In this document: positions 37,307 through 51,499 of the stretch, piece by piece
Numbering within the stretch: the first letter of the stretch is position 1
How the letters are laid out: each line of letters starts with the position of its first letter
Source of the DNA: Spirogloea muscicola
Taxonomy: Eukaryota
Direction of reading: 5' to 3'
Assembly (NCBI GenBank): GCA_009602725.1
Contig: WELB01000005.1
Location: 1,454,359 to 1,518,358 of the forward strand
Length of the DNA: 64,000 bases
The notes under the pieces: model-generated
The model's input: only the letters and a program-made list of their open reading frames with translations
Told to the model about the DNA's origin: nothing
The model's database searches: none
Program-made: the position numbers and the translations under genes

Positions 37307-37659
37307 TCAACCTGAAGGTAGTAACGGGGCGCCTCAGAAAACGGCGACATCCGGGTGGCCACCGTCTCGCCGTTAGGTTTGCTGGGCCCGCGCGCGCGCC
37401 CCCCGATTCAAACGTCCAAAGAGGCAGCACGCCCTCGCCTCCTGAACCTAGGCCCCGCCGCCGCCGCCGCGGCCGCCACCGCCGCCGCTGCTGCCGCCGA
37501 GCCGACGAACTCGTTTACACGGCCTCGGAGCGGTACACAGCGCGGAAATTCGACGCTGTGTGTTCGAGGCGCTGCTGCCTTGAGTGGTGTGCGAGCTGCA
37601 CAGTGCAACAGGGTGAACTCCCGCAGAGTTTCAGCGCTCTTGAGGGCAGCCGTCGCATC

Positions 37660-40600
37660 ATGTACCTCGAGGAAATCAGCATCGACGGCTTCAAGTCGTA
37701 CGCGCGCCGCACGACGGTCTCGGGCTTCGACGCCCACTTCAATGCCATCACAGGCCTCAATGGCTCTGGCAAATCCAACATCCTCGACGCCATCTGCTTC
37801 AACCTCGGCATCACGAACCTTCAGCACGTGCGAGCCCAGACGCTGCAGGAGCTGGTGTACAAGCAGGGTCAGGCCGGCGTGACCAAGGCTACTGTCTCCA
37901 TCACCTTCAACAATGCCGATCGTGTCAGCAGCCCCGTTGGCTACGAGGACTGTCGGCAGATCATTGTCACGCGACAGGTGGGATATCTCTTAGCCGTCCT
38001 GTGCTGCTGACGACGTGGCGTATGCTACACCTTCACACAACTTGAAGGAAGGCTGCTCACTGTTTCCAAAGTACATGCAGATTGTTCTTGGCGGAAGGCA
38101 CAAGTACACCATCAATGGCATGGCAGCTCTGCCGAGCCGTGTTCAGAATCTCTTCCATTCCGTGCAGCTGAATGTCAACAATCCTCACTTTCTCATCATG
38201 CAAGGACGGGTAACCAAGGTACGCCACTGCTCCTAGTGACTGCGGGCATGTCAATAGCTTGAAGTAGCTGCTGTATGTGCTAAGAGATAGCATCCAATGC
38301 CTGGCGAAGGTGCTCAACATGCGGCCAATGGAGACGCTGTCAATGCTGGAGGAGGCTGCGGGCACCAGGATGTACGAGATGAAGAAGGAGGGCGCATTGA
38401 AGATGTTAGAGAAGAAACAGGCCAAAGTGGATGAGATCCAGAAGGTGCAAGCATGTGGTCAAGCACTAATGCGTCGCTGGTGCTGCTAGCTGAAGGTCTT
38501 GTATAGGGCACATTACACGAAGCAGCTATTGGCATCAAGTGTGAGTCTGGGCGAGCTTTAATGAAGCTTTGGATCTCAGAGCTCTCTGCTCCTTTTGCAA
38601 CAGGTTCTAGGAGAAGAGATAGTACCAAAGCTGGAATCCCTGAGGAAGGAAAAGTCTGCATACATGCAGTGGCGTGATGGAGTTGCAAGTCTGGAGAACC
38701 TCAAACGCTTCTGCACAGCGCACGAGTTTGTGGAGGCGGAGCGCGCCAGCATGCAAGCAGCCGACGAGGCAGAGCAGGTCCACGAAAGGGTAGAGTTGCT
38801 GAAAAGTGAGAAGGTGGCCGCTGAGGAAGGCATGGCGGACCTACGAGAGAGCATCGCCAACCTGATGGCAGAGAAGGAGAAACGCATGGGGGCTGAGCTG
38901 GCAGGCCTGGTCGATGTTGTGGACGTCCTTTCCAAGGACCTTGTCAAGGACACATCCATGTGGAGCAACACTAATGAAGCGCTGGCAGCCGAACAGAGTG
39001 TCCTTGAAAGCATGACGGTTCAGCAAGCAGAGCTGCAGACTACAGTCAAGGCAAAGAGGGATGCTGTCTGTAGGACTGAAGAGGAGATGGAGTCCACCCG
39101 ACAAGCGGTGCAGACTCTCTCAGACGAGCTATCGAGGGTAGAGCAGGAACACCAAGCTGTGCTGGCCGGCAAGAGTGGTGCACAGGGTGATGATAAGAGC
39201 ATGACAGACATTCTACGTGAGCTGAAGGTGGCCGTTGAGGGCGCCTCATCCGAAGCCAAGCAGGCAAGTGTCCGGATGCAGTACCTCCAGGTTGAGCTGG
39301 TGGCCAAGACCGAGGCCCTCGGCTCAAAGCAGGAAGAGGCCAGCAAACTTGACCAGGAGCTTGCTGCGATGGAAGCGGCTGTCAAACGCTACCAGACGAA
39401 GCTCTCAGCCCTTGACTTTGATCCTGCTCATCTTGAACGACTTCAGAAAGTACACATTCTATCATAAGGCTGAAGTTCTTGCCTGCCTTACAATGCCGCT
39501 ATCAGGCGACTTTGCTGTCCTTGTAAGGCCTTGCAAGCAAGGAGGGCTTTGTACCATGTGGATACATGGGCCGATTCGGTACCTCAGCTTCAATGTCAAG
39601 CGGCTAGCAGTGTGATGCTATCCTCTATATGTGCCTTTGAAGGTCAAGAAGGAGGAGACCGAAATGGTGCAGAAGCTGAAGGCCACTGTGGATACGGTCA
39701 CCATTGAGACTCAGTCCAACGTGGTATACAGTGACCCTGTGCCCGGCTTTGACCGGTCACGAGTTAAAGGGACTGTGGGCCGACTCTTCTCAGTGAAAGA
39801 AACCTCCGCCATGCTTGCCCTGGAGGTCTCTGCTTGCTGTCCCTTTCTGAAAGACTGCGACCCAGATGCACTTTCTCTTCATAGTAGTACTGCATCCCAT
39901 CATGTGGTACTAATGCTGACCCGTCAATCACCATATGCGACTTCATTGCACTTATAAAGCCATGACTGGACTGAGTAGACCGATGGCAAGCAAGTACGAG
40001 ATGTAGACACGCTGACACCTTGATTGCAGGTTGCTGCAGGGAGCAAGATCCATAATCTTGTCACAGATACTGCAGAGACTGGTAAGCTGCTGTTCAGCAA
40101 AGCAGCTGCCCTCAAGAGGAGAGTGACTGTACTCCCACTTGACAAAATTGAGCACCACCAACTAAACGAGCGCCAGCTTGCTGCAGCAAAAACTGTGGTA
40201 AGACTGCAGCTGTCCTTATCTTGTCTTGCTCACAATTGCTAATGACACTCTAATATAGGCTGTAGCTACTTCAGCAGAGCTTTCTTAGCAAGTGAGCTGC
40301 AGTACTATCACAATATTAATGAATTGTGGTTGACAATTTGACAGGTAGGCGAGCACAATGCAAGACCTGCACTTTCCCTGATTGAATGCAGCTCGCATGT
40401 CAAGGTATGAATGACCTGATTGGTCATGGCCCGGACTACTCGCCAGACTGACTTCAGCTGCAGATGAACCACAATTTGCCTCAATTTGACTAACACCGAA
40501 TACGATGTGAGCTTGATGCAATTTCAGCCTGCCATGGAGTTTGTCTTTGGCAGCACTTTCATTTGCAAGGATTTAGCAACTGCCAACAAGGTGAGTAGCA

Positions 40601-43600
40601 AGTTTGCTTTTGGCTTGATCTGGCTGTATGGTGGACTCTTGGGGAAAACACCTACAAGTTGCTAAAAGGAAGGGCGTCAATCTCATCTCTGTTGTCTTCC
40701 CTGTCTGATGAGGCGGCTTAGATCATCAAGAGCCAAACTTCAGAGTGTCTGACATGTCCATGTACTGGTGTCGGTTACCAAGGTGGCATTCCATCCAGAT
40801 ATACGAGCAACATGTGTTACTCTCGAGGGGGATATTCTGCAACCGTCAGGTGTCTTGACTGGTGGATCCCGTAGGTCAGCTTCCAGCATTATCCTATTTG
40901 GTAGCTTCTTGTAACATCTCAACTGATAGCTACAAGTGTCACAAGCATGTGACATCTATGTTGCATGGATGATGTTCTGCCCCTTTGCAACTTGTGCTGA
41001 GCGATGTTGACTTTTGACCTGCTAATGTGCAATGCAGCAAAGGAGGTTCACAGCTAAGGAAGCTGGCAGAACTCTCACAAGCCGAAAGAGATCTCTGTGA
41101 TCATCACCAAGTTCTGGAACAAACAGGAAACGAGGTAGAATCACTCTCTCCTCTTGCTATTTCTCAATAGATGCTGACACATTGTCATCTCTATGTGGTC
41201 TTAGATGCAGCCACATGGAGAAGCACGGAAGGGTCTGGCTCCTAGATCTCCTCTCCTTTGCAACGTGAACCCCTCAAGTGCATTGCGCTATACTCAGCTG
41301 CACAAGAACACTGTCGGCTAATATCTTGCTGCAACTTACTGGACATCTTTGATTACAAGCAGATTCTTGTTGTCTGTGCAGCTTAACCGACTAGAGAGCA
41401 TCATGAAGGAGCACGAGCGACTTGAGGCTGATCTTGGCCTGAAGGTTCACCAACTATCGCTCGTAAAGGAAAGAGTTGCACAGAGTGGGTATCACCAGGT
41501 ACACCAGCCGATGTATTTAGATCTGACACCCTGATGTTCATTCCAAGTCGCAAGAGATATACCTGTTAACCAGTGATGATTGCTCAGGTCAGTCTCCTGA
41601 GCTGGGACTTGCATCTGACAGATTGTGCTCTACATCTTCGTGGCTTGCTAGCTGCTTGAGGAAGTGAAAGGCTTGGAGGTGGAGCTGACACTCGTGAAGA
41701 AAGAGTTGAGGGAGGCCGAGGAACGTAGGGACGCTTGTCAGCATAAAGTTACAAGCTGGGAGAAGAAAGTTGTGGAACATGGCAAGCACCGAGAAAAACG
41801 TCTACAAAGCATAGAGGCCCTTTTAAAAAGCACCAATGAGAGACTGGGACATGCAACAAGGGAAGCAAAGGTGGGGCACAGTCTTGGAAAGCACGTATAT
41901 CCTTGTCTTCAGTGCTATCATGGGCAATAGAGCAGGTTCTTGCTGTGAAATTGGTGATCGATGGCTTCTCGATGCAGCAATCCCTGCAGTAGAAGGTGTT
42001 CTTCTTGACCTGGTACAGCTGCCACATTTGCTGGAGGCTTTTCCTGCAGCTCCACAGATGCATGAAGTGCCAGTGAGCCAATCCAGGCGCTTGTATGCTG
42101 CAGGCCAAGGAGCAAGCCAAACAGGAGCTTCTGCTGGAAGCAGATGCACTCAACAGAGAGCTACAAGCGCTTGAAGAACAGATAAGTTCCACGCAGCTTC
42201 AAGCAAGCAAGCTTGCAGAAAAGGTGGCCGTTCTTGCAGCGCAGGTGACAATCCCTCTGTCACTCCTCCCTTCACAGCCTTACATTGATAAGCAAACATG
42301 TTACTCTATCTGCTATTTCTGCCTTATAAATGATGTGTGATGGAAAGCACCTAAACGTGGATCATCTCAGCAAGATGAATAGGATGAACTAGGACACGTA
42401 GCTAGCACAGTATACCAGCATCGCTTATCAACATGAATGCTTAATGCCAGGTTGCCCGGAAGAAGGCTGAGCACGACACTGCACAAGCAAACCTAGATGA
42501 GAAAAAAGCTCGTCTCGAGGAATGCGACCTAGAAATTGCTAGGATGAGCAGGGAACAAGAGAGACATAGAGAGCAGTTGACATCAATCACACTTTCACTG
42601 AAAGCGGGAGAGCATCAGGTATTTGTGTTCAAACAGGATACGTGTAATCAACATGTGCCATCATCCAGCTTCAAGGAGGTAGTCAATACTGAAAAGTGTC
42701 AACCAAACTGAAGATCATACCCTTTGCACATTATACAGATCAAGCGCATCAATGCAAAGCAGCATGAGGCTGCAAAGTTGGTTGACGTGCTCTTGGAGAA
42801 GCACATGTGGATCAGAGCCGAGAGGGATCAGTTTGGGCGGACTGGCTCGGCATATGACTTTGAGGCACAAGATCCAGAGGACGCGCAACGAGCACTTCTG
42901 CTGCAGCAAAATCAGTTATCAAGGTAATGGACCTGGATCTTTATTCAGCAGAAGATCCTAGCCAACCAAACTGCATCCTTCTGTCCGTGCCTTGATGCTC
43001 CTGTTGCCATTGGAGATTGTGTTGTCTTGAAGGCTCTTGCTCTCTTCATTGTTTTCCCTGCAAGGATTGCCGATTTGTAAGCTTGAGTGCTTGGTCTGGC
43101 TCTGAAAGGTGCTAAGACTGATTCGCAGCCTTGAAAAAACCATCAACAAGAAGGTGATGGTAATGATGGAGCAAGCAGAAGAAGAGTACAGCAAGCTGAT
43201 TCAGAAAAGAGAGATTGTAAAAACAGATAAGACAAAGATCCAGCAGGTCATTGCAGAGCTGGATGACAAGAAGAAGAAGGCCCTACTTGTCACATGGCAG
43301 AAGGTCAATAAGTAAGCAAGGACTCCCATGGCACGTCTGCAGTTCCAATTGACAGCTCCTGATCTGATTAAAGTCCGGCAGGCAACAGGCAAGCTGTTAA
43401 GCTGACACTCTGCTCCTTGGAACTAGCATATTGCTGCTCCTATCTTGACATGTACTGGAGGTGGTCTTATGCAGGGACTTTGGCTCAATCTTTTCTACTC
43501 TTCTGCCTGGTACATCTGCAAAGCTGGATGCTGCAGGAGCATCATTTCTTGAAGGCCTGGAAGTGAAGGTTGCATTTGGTGGTGTCTGGAAGCAGTCACT

Positions 43601-44312
43601 TTCGGAGCTTTCCGGTGGACAACGTTCTCTGCTGGCCCTATCGCTCATTCTCTCCCTTCTCCTTTTCAAACCGGCCCCCCTTTACATACTTGATGAGGTA
43701 AGCAGATAATGCACAGGCAATGATTTACAAGGGCACGCATAGTACTGAGAAATTTTGATTAGGGGGATTGGAGTTAGGGCTTCAGGGTCTCTTACGTATG
43801 CATCAGCAAATGGTTCACCTTCATAATACACCTGCTCTGCAGTGTTCCACAATGAAGGTCATGCAGAGCAGTAAGAGTCTGAAATTGGCTAATTATATTG
43901 ACTCATTGCACATGTCTTGCGAGGGAATCATGCAGGTTGATGCTGCTCTGGACCTTAGCCATACACAAAACATAGGCCGCATGATAAAGATGTACTTCCC
44001 TCAATCCCAGGTACAAGAATATGTGATTGCAAGTCCTATGTTGGAGCATGAGCTTCTCATGCTCATGCTTCTTTTACTTGCAGATCTGCAAACCTGATAT
44101 TAAGCTGATTGCTGCCATTGCATGTGGTGCAGTTCATCGTGGTATCTCTGAAGGAAGGTATGTTCTACAATGCCAATGTGGTCTTCCGGACCAAGTTTGT
44201 GGATGGCGTATCCACCGTCACGCGATCAGTGCAGCAGCAATTGGAAGGACATGAGGCAGGCAAAGACATCCCAATCAAGGCCGCTTCCAGAAAGGCAATA
44301 TATTCGCAATAA
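37660..44312 (+). CDS. SMC2: Condensin subunit SMC2, multi-exon
   Basis: [14 protein letters not shown], Walker [25 protein letters not shown] (Q-loop), coiled coils, hinge [18 protein letters not shown], signature LSGGQRS, Walker B ILDE|VDAALD, and [11 protein letters not shown]. Confidence 0.96.
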
Positions 44313-44989
44313 ATTATGTAAGACTCTCTTACGGAGGTGTTCATGTTCCCTAGCTTCGCCTGCCTTTAGCTTGGGTAGCAATGGATCTGCAAGAGACACC
44401 GCAAGTACGTCCTGCAATTGGTGCCTATGACGCCCACTGACCGAGCAATTGCAAAGGACAGCCATGTTGATATGAAACATACAGGCAGGCGAAGCTCGGC
44501 CACATGAATCTCTCTGAACCCACCAAGTTCACCTTCTGTCTGCTCCAATATATGATACTGGCAGATACTTACCCCCTTGTAAAACAGAAATCATTGGACC
44601 ATTGGCTTGCCCGGTTAGCTTGTCGTTCCGAAACAAGAGGCTATACATTCTATGTTCATAAAACTGCTGGACATTTTCTTGGGTTGTCCAATCACAGCTA
44701 CTCCTGCCATGTGCCCCTCTTAAAGAAATGCCTTTTGAAAACTCATGCCAAGCACCTAGGCGGCTTCTCGATCTGCTCATAATAGCAACGCATGTGTCCC
44801 TCAGAAGGGGCTCTGCCTGACGAGGAGGCAAAGCTTGTACTGTAAGGGTTGGAGCCGCAATGGGTGGCCCAGCCTTTGAGGCATTCAGACATGGCGATGA
44901 GCTCGCTGAGAAAAGCTCAAGAAGACAGGCCGCTCACAAACAATGCTATTGTTGGCCAGCCACGAAGTTTTAGGAGGGAGACTGCGACC

Positions 44990-46548
44990 GCCCAAAGGGT
45001 GCAAGCGGCCAGCCCTATGGCTGTTCATTCTTCTTTGGGCTGGCTTGTCCAGCCCTTATCCTCAATGGGCGAGCACTTCTCTATGGCTGCCTTAGATTGC
45101 CAGCTCTGGCAGTAAGGTACCGGGTGGAACGAAGAGGTGGAGGCCGTCAATTGCAGCATATTGGGAGGGAGGGCAGAGTGGATCAATGGCCCGAGGCCCG
45201 AGGCCAGGTCCGCCTGCCAATTGGGAGACGCCGGGTCCTCACTGCAGATCATAGAAGAAGCTCTCTAGCAGGGGATAATGGGTGTGAAAGCAGCTATGCC
45301 AGGCTAGCCTTTCTCGACCGCTCCAACCAGGTTCCCTCGTCCTCGAAGCCAGGACATGCAGTCGCCAGTGCTACCCGAGTCAAAGAAAGCAAGGTGTGCT
45401 GATCATGCGGTGAAGGACGTATTTGTTCCCCTCGTCACTAATGTCCATGTGGCCTTTTGGCTCGGTGGCTCGACCAATTGCACCGGCTTGTGCGAAAAGC
45501 AATGTCCCGCTGGCGCTGGCGGCATGGGGAGCAGGCTGAGGTCACTGCCACAGGCTCTCTGGCCCTGGTCTACTGCATGCGGCTTTCCACCTCCCTGCAG
45601 CGCTTTTTGGCTCACGCCTTGCATTTGCGTGCAGGCCGTGCCTGCCACCTCCGACTATCGGCAGGGGGAATGCCTTTTGCTTGCCAGTACTTCCGACTTG
45701 CGGCTGCTAAGGAGCAATATTAGGTGGTCTGGCCCTTTGCATCAGCAGAAGAGAGATGGTGACTCTTCCAGTAGAGGGCGATGGCAGTGATTGGCCCCCA
45801 GAGAGAAGAATGGACGAAGTTCGAAGGCAGAAGGCAGCCCTCGCTCCATCAGGGCAGAGCATCTTCAGCTTAAAGAGAGAAGGCGTGCGGGGCGCATGAA
45901 ATGAATGGGAGGCCAATTCAAGCCAATACATTTTTCAGGCAGAGTCTGGTGCAAACTAAACAAGGCTACATAATATGGAGACCTAAACGAAGGTGCCTAA
46001 GGTGACATTAGTACCCACGAGTGAGCACAAACAGATATGACAAGCTAACTTGGGGAGCTGGAGCGCCGCCACGAAAGCCGGAGGCCTGACTTAGAGCCCG
46101 CCCAGCACGTTGATGGAGAGCCAATGCTTGAGAGCGCTGCAAACTAAGCGAGAGCCGCATTCTATAATTTGCAACTAAGGCCTGCGGAATGCTGGAGTGG
46201 CCCAAGAGAGAGAGAAGGCGCGCGGGGCGCATGAATTGAAAGGGAGGCCAATTCAAGCCAATACATTGTTCAGGCAGAGAAGAAGGGCTCGCCCATTGAG
46301 GATAGGGGCTGGAAAAGCCAGCCCAAAAAAGAATGAACAAAGTACGAGAAGGGGGGCCAGACGACGCGCTAAGATAACAAAGCACACAAGCTCCCCCCGA
46401 CTTCGACGACGCGCATCAACCAGCCGGGCCAGATCAGGGAGGAGTGGACAAGGTCTCGGATGGGTGCAGAAAAGCGGCAAGCCGCGCAACTACGCCAGAG
46501 TGAAGGCGCGCGGTGCGCATGAAATTGAAAGCGAAGGCCAATTCTAGC
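44990..46548. mobile_element. Cluster of CRE-like retrotransposon fragments, including the longest ORF remnant
   Basis: + remnant KPGHAVASATRVKESK..ADHAVKDVFVPLVTNVHG...GEQAEVTATGSLALVYCMRLSTSLQRFLAHALHLRAGRA (~45345-45723). - copy YRMRLSLSLQRSQALALHQRAGRAL...LFVLTRGY* plus 3' UTR (46170-45875). Further termini at ~45030, 45750, 46208-46388 and 46502. Confidence 0.75.
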
Positions 46549-46861
46549 CTTACATATGTCCTGTTAACTGGGTAATGAGCTGGCTAGGGGGGAGTGGGGG
46601 AAACGGAACAGAAGGGGGGCGGCTCAATGGCCGGTACCTCCTGGCGGGCGGCCACCAGTTGGGGGCTCGGCCGACAGCCGGGGCGGGGTGCCGAGTCGCC
46701 GCACCACTGGGCCGGCACGGCACTCGGGCGCCCGCCCCAGGCACGTCACGGCGCGACGGGCTAACCGGCTCGGCCTCCCATCTATTTGGTGGCCAACGAG
46801 ACGGCGGGAGGGCCCACTCCCCAACCAACACTACCTACCTGCAGGAAGCCATCGCCACGCC

Positions 46862-46899
<38 letters not shown>

Positions 46900-46950
46900 C
46901 GCGCGAGCTCCTCGCCCGAGTGGTCGAGGCGGAAGGCCGGGGCCCAGGGN

Positions 46951-48706
46951 GCCGCCGCCGCCGCCGCCGCGGGGAGCGGCCAGGTGACGCCGGAGGGCGG
47001 CGAGTCCGAGGAGGACGAGGACGGGGAGGAGGGGGAGGAGGGCCCGGCCGAGGACGAGCCGGACGCCGAGGCCGAGGCGGAGGACGGGCATCGGGCGCCC
47101 AGCTTCCATGTCGCGCCCGCTGTCGCGCTCAAGGAGCAGCTCGAGCTCGACAAGGTGCGCCGCTGCAGCCCGCCCCCGGGGCATGGCTTGCCAGGCACTG
47201 CCGAGGCCTGCCGAGGCTAGTCATGCGAACGCCCGCAGCTTTCGCTGGGAGGAGCTGCAGCAGCTAGCGGCGACTGGTCTCGTGGCCAATGGCGTCCGTA
47301 GACGAGCTCCCAGCATGCCCTTGCAGCTGGCAGGCAGACTCTGGCTGGAGTCACTTAGTCATGCGACCAGAACGGGCGAGCAGCACCGGAGCCGCTGCTC
47401 AGTGTCAGGATGTTGCGGGCCTTGGTAGTCGCGCGTCGCGCTCACCAGCACACGTGCGGCGCACACCTGCGCAGGACGACGAGAGCCTGCGCCGGTGGAA
47501 GGAGCAGCTGCTGGGCAGCGTCGGGCAGCTCCACGAAGGTCAGAGAGACGCACACAGCGCTGCCCTGCAGCACGGCCAGGTCGCTCGCAGATCGACAGCC
47601 AAGGGCTTCTGGCTGCCATGGCTTGGCTGCCGCCCGGCTTCTGCTCCAGCCGGTGGAGCCGGCGGTGACAGGTAGCCTGCCCAGCCTGGCCTGCAGGCGC
47701 TGTGGAGCCCGAGGTGGAGTTCCACACGTTGCGCATCCTTGTCGACGGTCGGAAAGACATTGAGCTGCCCCTCCCGAGCAACGGCCCGCCTGACGCAGCC
47801 AAGGAGGCAGCCGCCAAGGCGTCATTTGTGCTGAAGGAGCGGTCCAAGTTCCGGTTGCAGTTTGAATTCCATGTGCGCAAGGAGCTTGTTGTCGGCCTCA
47901 AGTACAACAACACCGTTTGGAAGAAGGGCCTGAGAGGTCGCCACCGTTCTCCAAATAAAGCCTTGCTTGTCTTGCTTCGTCCTCCATAGTACTGACCTTG
48001 ATTGAGCTCCTCAGCTCATGATGCTTCTTCTCGGGACCCTAGCGTTGCACTTCGGTCCCCAGTTGCAGCTCTCATGACGGTGCTAGAGCGACGACGTTGG
48101 GTTGCTGTTGCAGTGGACAGCCACGAGGAGATGCTGGGCGTATTCAGCCCGCAGGAGGCGCAATACACACATGTAACAGAAGAGGAGCTAACTCCTCATG
48201 GGCTGCTTGCACGCGGCACCTACTCGGCCAAAACCACGGTGCGTCTGCCGGCAGCTGTCTTGACCGCCGCCTAATACTTCTATGTCGGTCAGGATGGGGC
48301 AGTCATTGTGGGCTGTCATGCACCTTATGAGTCGTGCACATGTGCATGAGAGTAAGAATTAGATGCGTGGGGATGCGAAACAACTGGGCACCCACAGGAG
48401 AGTTGCATTGCCTCTTGTGCTGACGTGCATTACCTCCTGTCCCACTTGGAATGGCACAGTTGCCTGTGCCTGCGAGCAATTTAGCTGAAGAGGGTGGACT
48501 TAGGCTCTTGTTTGTCACTATGTGTGTGCTCATGATGTAGAAAGCTTTTGCATCAAGTTCTAGGTTTTCAGAGAGCACATGCCGATGCCTTATCGACATC
48601 CTGCTGCTTGATGCAGTTTACGGATGATGATGGGCGGTGTTATTTGTCGTACCTCTACACGTTCAAGATCAAGAAGCAGTGGCCCGAGGAAGCACCCGCC
48701 TCTTAG
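46951..48706 (+). CDS. Rho GDP-dissociation inhibitor (RopGDI), 5 exons; start codon unresolved at the N (46950)
   Basis: LKEQLELDK|DDESLRRWKEQLLG, EPEV, FVLKERSKFRLQFEFHV, GLKYNNTVWKKG, EMLGVFSPQ, TPHGLLARGTYSAKT|FTDDDGRCYL..YTFKIKKQW. Confidence 0.93.
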
Positions 48707-49318
48707 TTTCCTTAGGTTCCGGGCCCCACTTTGGCTTCCCCTTCTTGCGTCAGTGTCAGGCTCCTTTGCACTGTCACTGTGTCAGCATCTTAGAGTCCAT
48801 AGAGAATCTTGAGTGCAGGCACTCACTTGAGAACAATCCCTCACTTCTGTTCCCTGCTTGCACCATCATCAATGCCTGTAGCTATCTGACAGCTTAGTTG
48901 TCAAGTTTGCCAGTTAGCAGGTGCAGAGCAGGTGCTCGGCAAACCTGTCGCTGCAATCAGGAGGTACACAAGGAACACTGCTGTGTACTGGGAGAGCACT
49001 TGTAGACATTGATCCGCAGGGACTGCAGTTGCTCAGGGATGACAGGAGAACTTCAAAGATTCTGCTGATAATGGTGTTTCGAGTTGGAAGAACACTGAAA
49101 GAATGTATCGAACTCACTGTTTCTGCCAAAAGAACGGGGCATAACGTGGCCAATTGTGTCTCGGAAATGTCAATATGAATGAATTGATTGCCTGCTTTGT
49201 GGCAGCAAGGAGCCAACTAATTGGTCATTCATAGACCTGTACAAATTATTTCTGAGGGTGGCAGCTGCATATGAGGAGGTGGTCCTGCTGGGAGGTAGTC
49301 TGCAACGCAACTGAGCTT

Positions 49319-51301
49319 TCACAGGCTTGGCTCGTGCTGCAGCATGTTGTACACAATCTGCATCCATATGTCAGTGACGCCTGCAAAAGTCATCATGTGC
49401 ACACGCTCGGTGAGGATGGTCAACAGTTGGAGTAAGTGCGAGTGAGGCATGTGAACAAGTACATCATCTACTTTCTACCAGCCTCGTCGTGAGGAGCCAC
49501 AACCGCAGGCATGTAGATTGCACCAAGAAGTGTGAACGCCCTGGATCTAGTGACCTGTCAGTTTAGGAGTCAAGGAGTGGGCTATGCAGTTGCTCAAGGA
49601 GACTGCCTAGCGAGCAACAGGGGACAGACACCTGCAGGGCACCAGTGCGTGCAATCGTCCTGCTGGCCACGGGGCAGGCGGCCGCCCTTGACACCCCAGT
49701 TTGCAACATGCGAGTCCGGACGGTACAATGAGAGGTACGTGATGTCAGCGAGGCGCAGTATGGAGCCGCTCTTGGTGACCTCCTTCTGGAGTGCCAGCAA
49801 CTTCTGCAAGCCGGCAATCTTCCAGAATGCCGCAGTCTGCAAGCATGGCGCGCACCACGACAGTCAGTAATTAAGCTACTGAATTTTGATGTCATGATGC
49901 TACTCTACACAAACAAATGACCTGCTATGTGGCAAGTCACAAGCTTGACTCCGGTAGTCAGCAATTGTATTGTCAACATCAGCACACTTTTATACATGAC
50001 TGCTGTGCGAGGGTTGAGGGTCGTGCCTGCTTGCCGTTGAGCGGCTCACTGCGCTCGCACACAGAGCCCTTGGCGCTGTAGGCACCAGCGAGGCCGCGGT
50101 GCGAAGGCGAGACGCTGAGCAGGATGGGCACGCCCCGGAACCGCTTGGCCGTCAGGTACGCCTTCACAGTGTTCAGCGCCATGCTGTACGCGGTGAGGCT
50201 ATCGAGCTTGGGCCGGTAGTGCCGCTTGACGTAGTACCGCACGTACGGCGCCGGCAGGAACCAGTTCGACGCCTGGAAGATCATGACGCTGGCACGCGGG
50301 ACGAAGAAGGTCCAGAGGGAGTCGGGCCGTGTGACGTCAGTGGCTGCCGTGACCGAGGCCGGGTGCGAGAGCTGCTGCGTGAGAAAGTTGGAGAAGACTG
50401 ACACCACGCGCATGTTGTACTTCTTGCTCTGCGCGCGGCGACGGACAGGACGCGCATCAGCTTCCGCCTCCGCGAAGATCATTAGACAGTCACACCCAGC
50501 AACAGCACGCCATCAGGTGTGTGCGAGTCGCCCACCGCTCACCATCACGCCGCTGTAGGAGTGGCCGTTGATGCTCCCGGTGAACACAGTGAGGGGCACG
50601 TGGGCGTTCACCATGCACACCAGCGATGTGCTGAAGTCCTTGGACACCGAGTCGCCAACGACCACGATCAGCTGCCACGCAGGAGGGCCGCCACTCATTG
50701 TGTTATTTATGCGTAAGACCACTAGTTAAGAGACAGGATGTTTTTCAGCAAAAATCAATAGTTTCGATTAATCCAACAATAATTGCTTAGAAATACGCCA
50801 AGTGCAGCCAAGCGCCAAGTCACGCAGCCTTCCCCGGTCATGCCAGCGCCATGAAAGGCCAGCCGGCAGCACCACGGGCTCCGCAGGAGCATACCTTGTT
50901 GCGCATGCGCTCCGCGAATGCAACGGGATTGAACTGCGACAGCTCGCACTTGGTGGGCTGCGCAGGCACGGCGCACCACGAGCAGCCGTCAGCGACGAAG
51001 CGAGAGCTGCAGCGCAGGCGCTTTGCGCCGAATCCAGCGCCAATGGAAGCGGGCGAAGCTGTTCCGCTTGTTGAGCGATCGCTGGTGGGCGCCCAGCAGA
51101 CCTGCCACTCCTGGCGCTGGTACTGCGTGTCGGGGCGGCCATGGCGGTCGCAGTTCTCGGTGCTGCGCACGAAGGGGCAGGTGAAGCCCGTATAGAGTGG
51201 CCGCGCGGACGTGGCCCGCCACTCGCCGGCCGTGTAGTCGCACAGCGCCGCGCCCGCGGCGGCGGCGCCTGCCGGCAGCGCCAGCAGCGCCGCCAGGAGC
51301 G
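49319..51301 (-). CDS. Trichome birefringence-like (TBL/PC-esterase) polysaccharide O-acetyltransferase; start lost at the N (51302)
   Basis: CDYTAGEW..PLY...CPF....NC..HGRPD..Y...WQP..C, the VGDS motif, DITYLSLYRPDSH, and DCTHWCPAG|VTDIWMQIVYNML. Stop TGA is at 49321-49319. Confidence 0.9.
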
Positions 51302-51499
51302 NATCCTTCACTTACTTGACTACACATAAAAGTAATGAGATCTGCTGCAAAAACCTCACCCAGGTCCTATACGTGCCATGTGACACAACCAACCGAGGCC
51401 CCAACAATGCTGTTCTTTGCAGCTGGAGCACAGTGGAGCTCTGACGACCTCCAGTAAGCAGGAGCCCACTGCTTGCGTCGAGGAGTGGAGGAGCATCAC

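Noticed and set aside
49476..49540. Candidate last exon of TBL
   Set aside because: The exon at 49380-49319 gives the expected GVxDxW motif in frame, and this one does not.
16365..51301. GAUT, TBL and RhoGDI as a cell-wall/polarity gene cluster
   Set aside because: They are separated by unrelated housekeeping genes, and there is no evidence of co-regulation.
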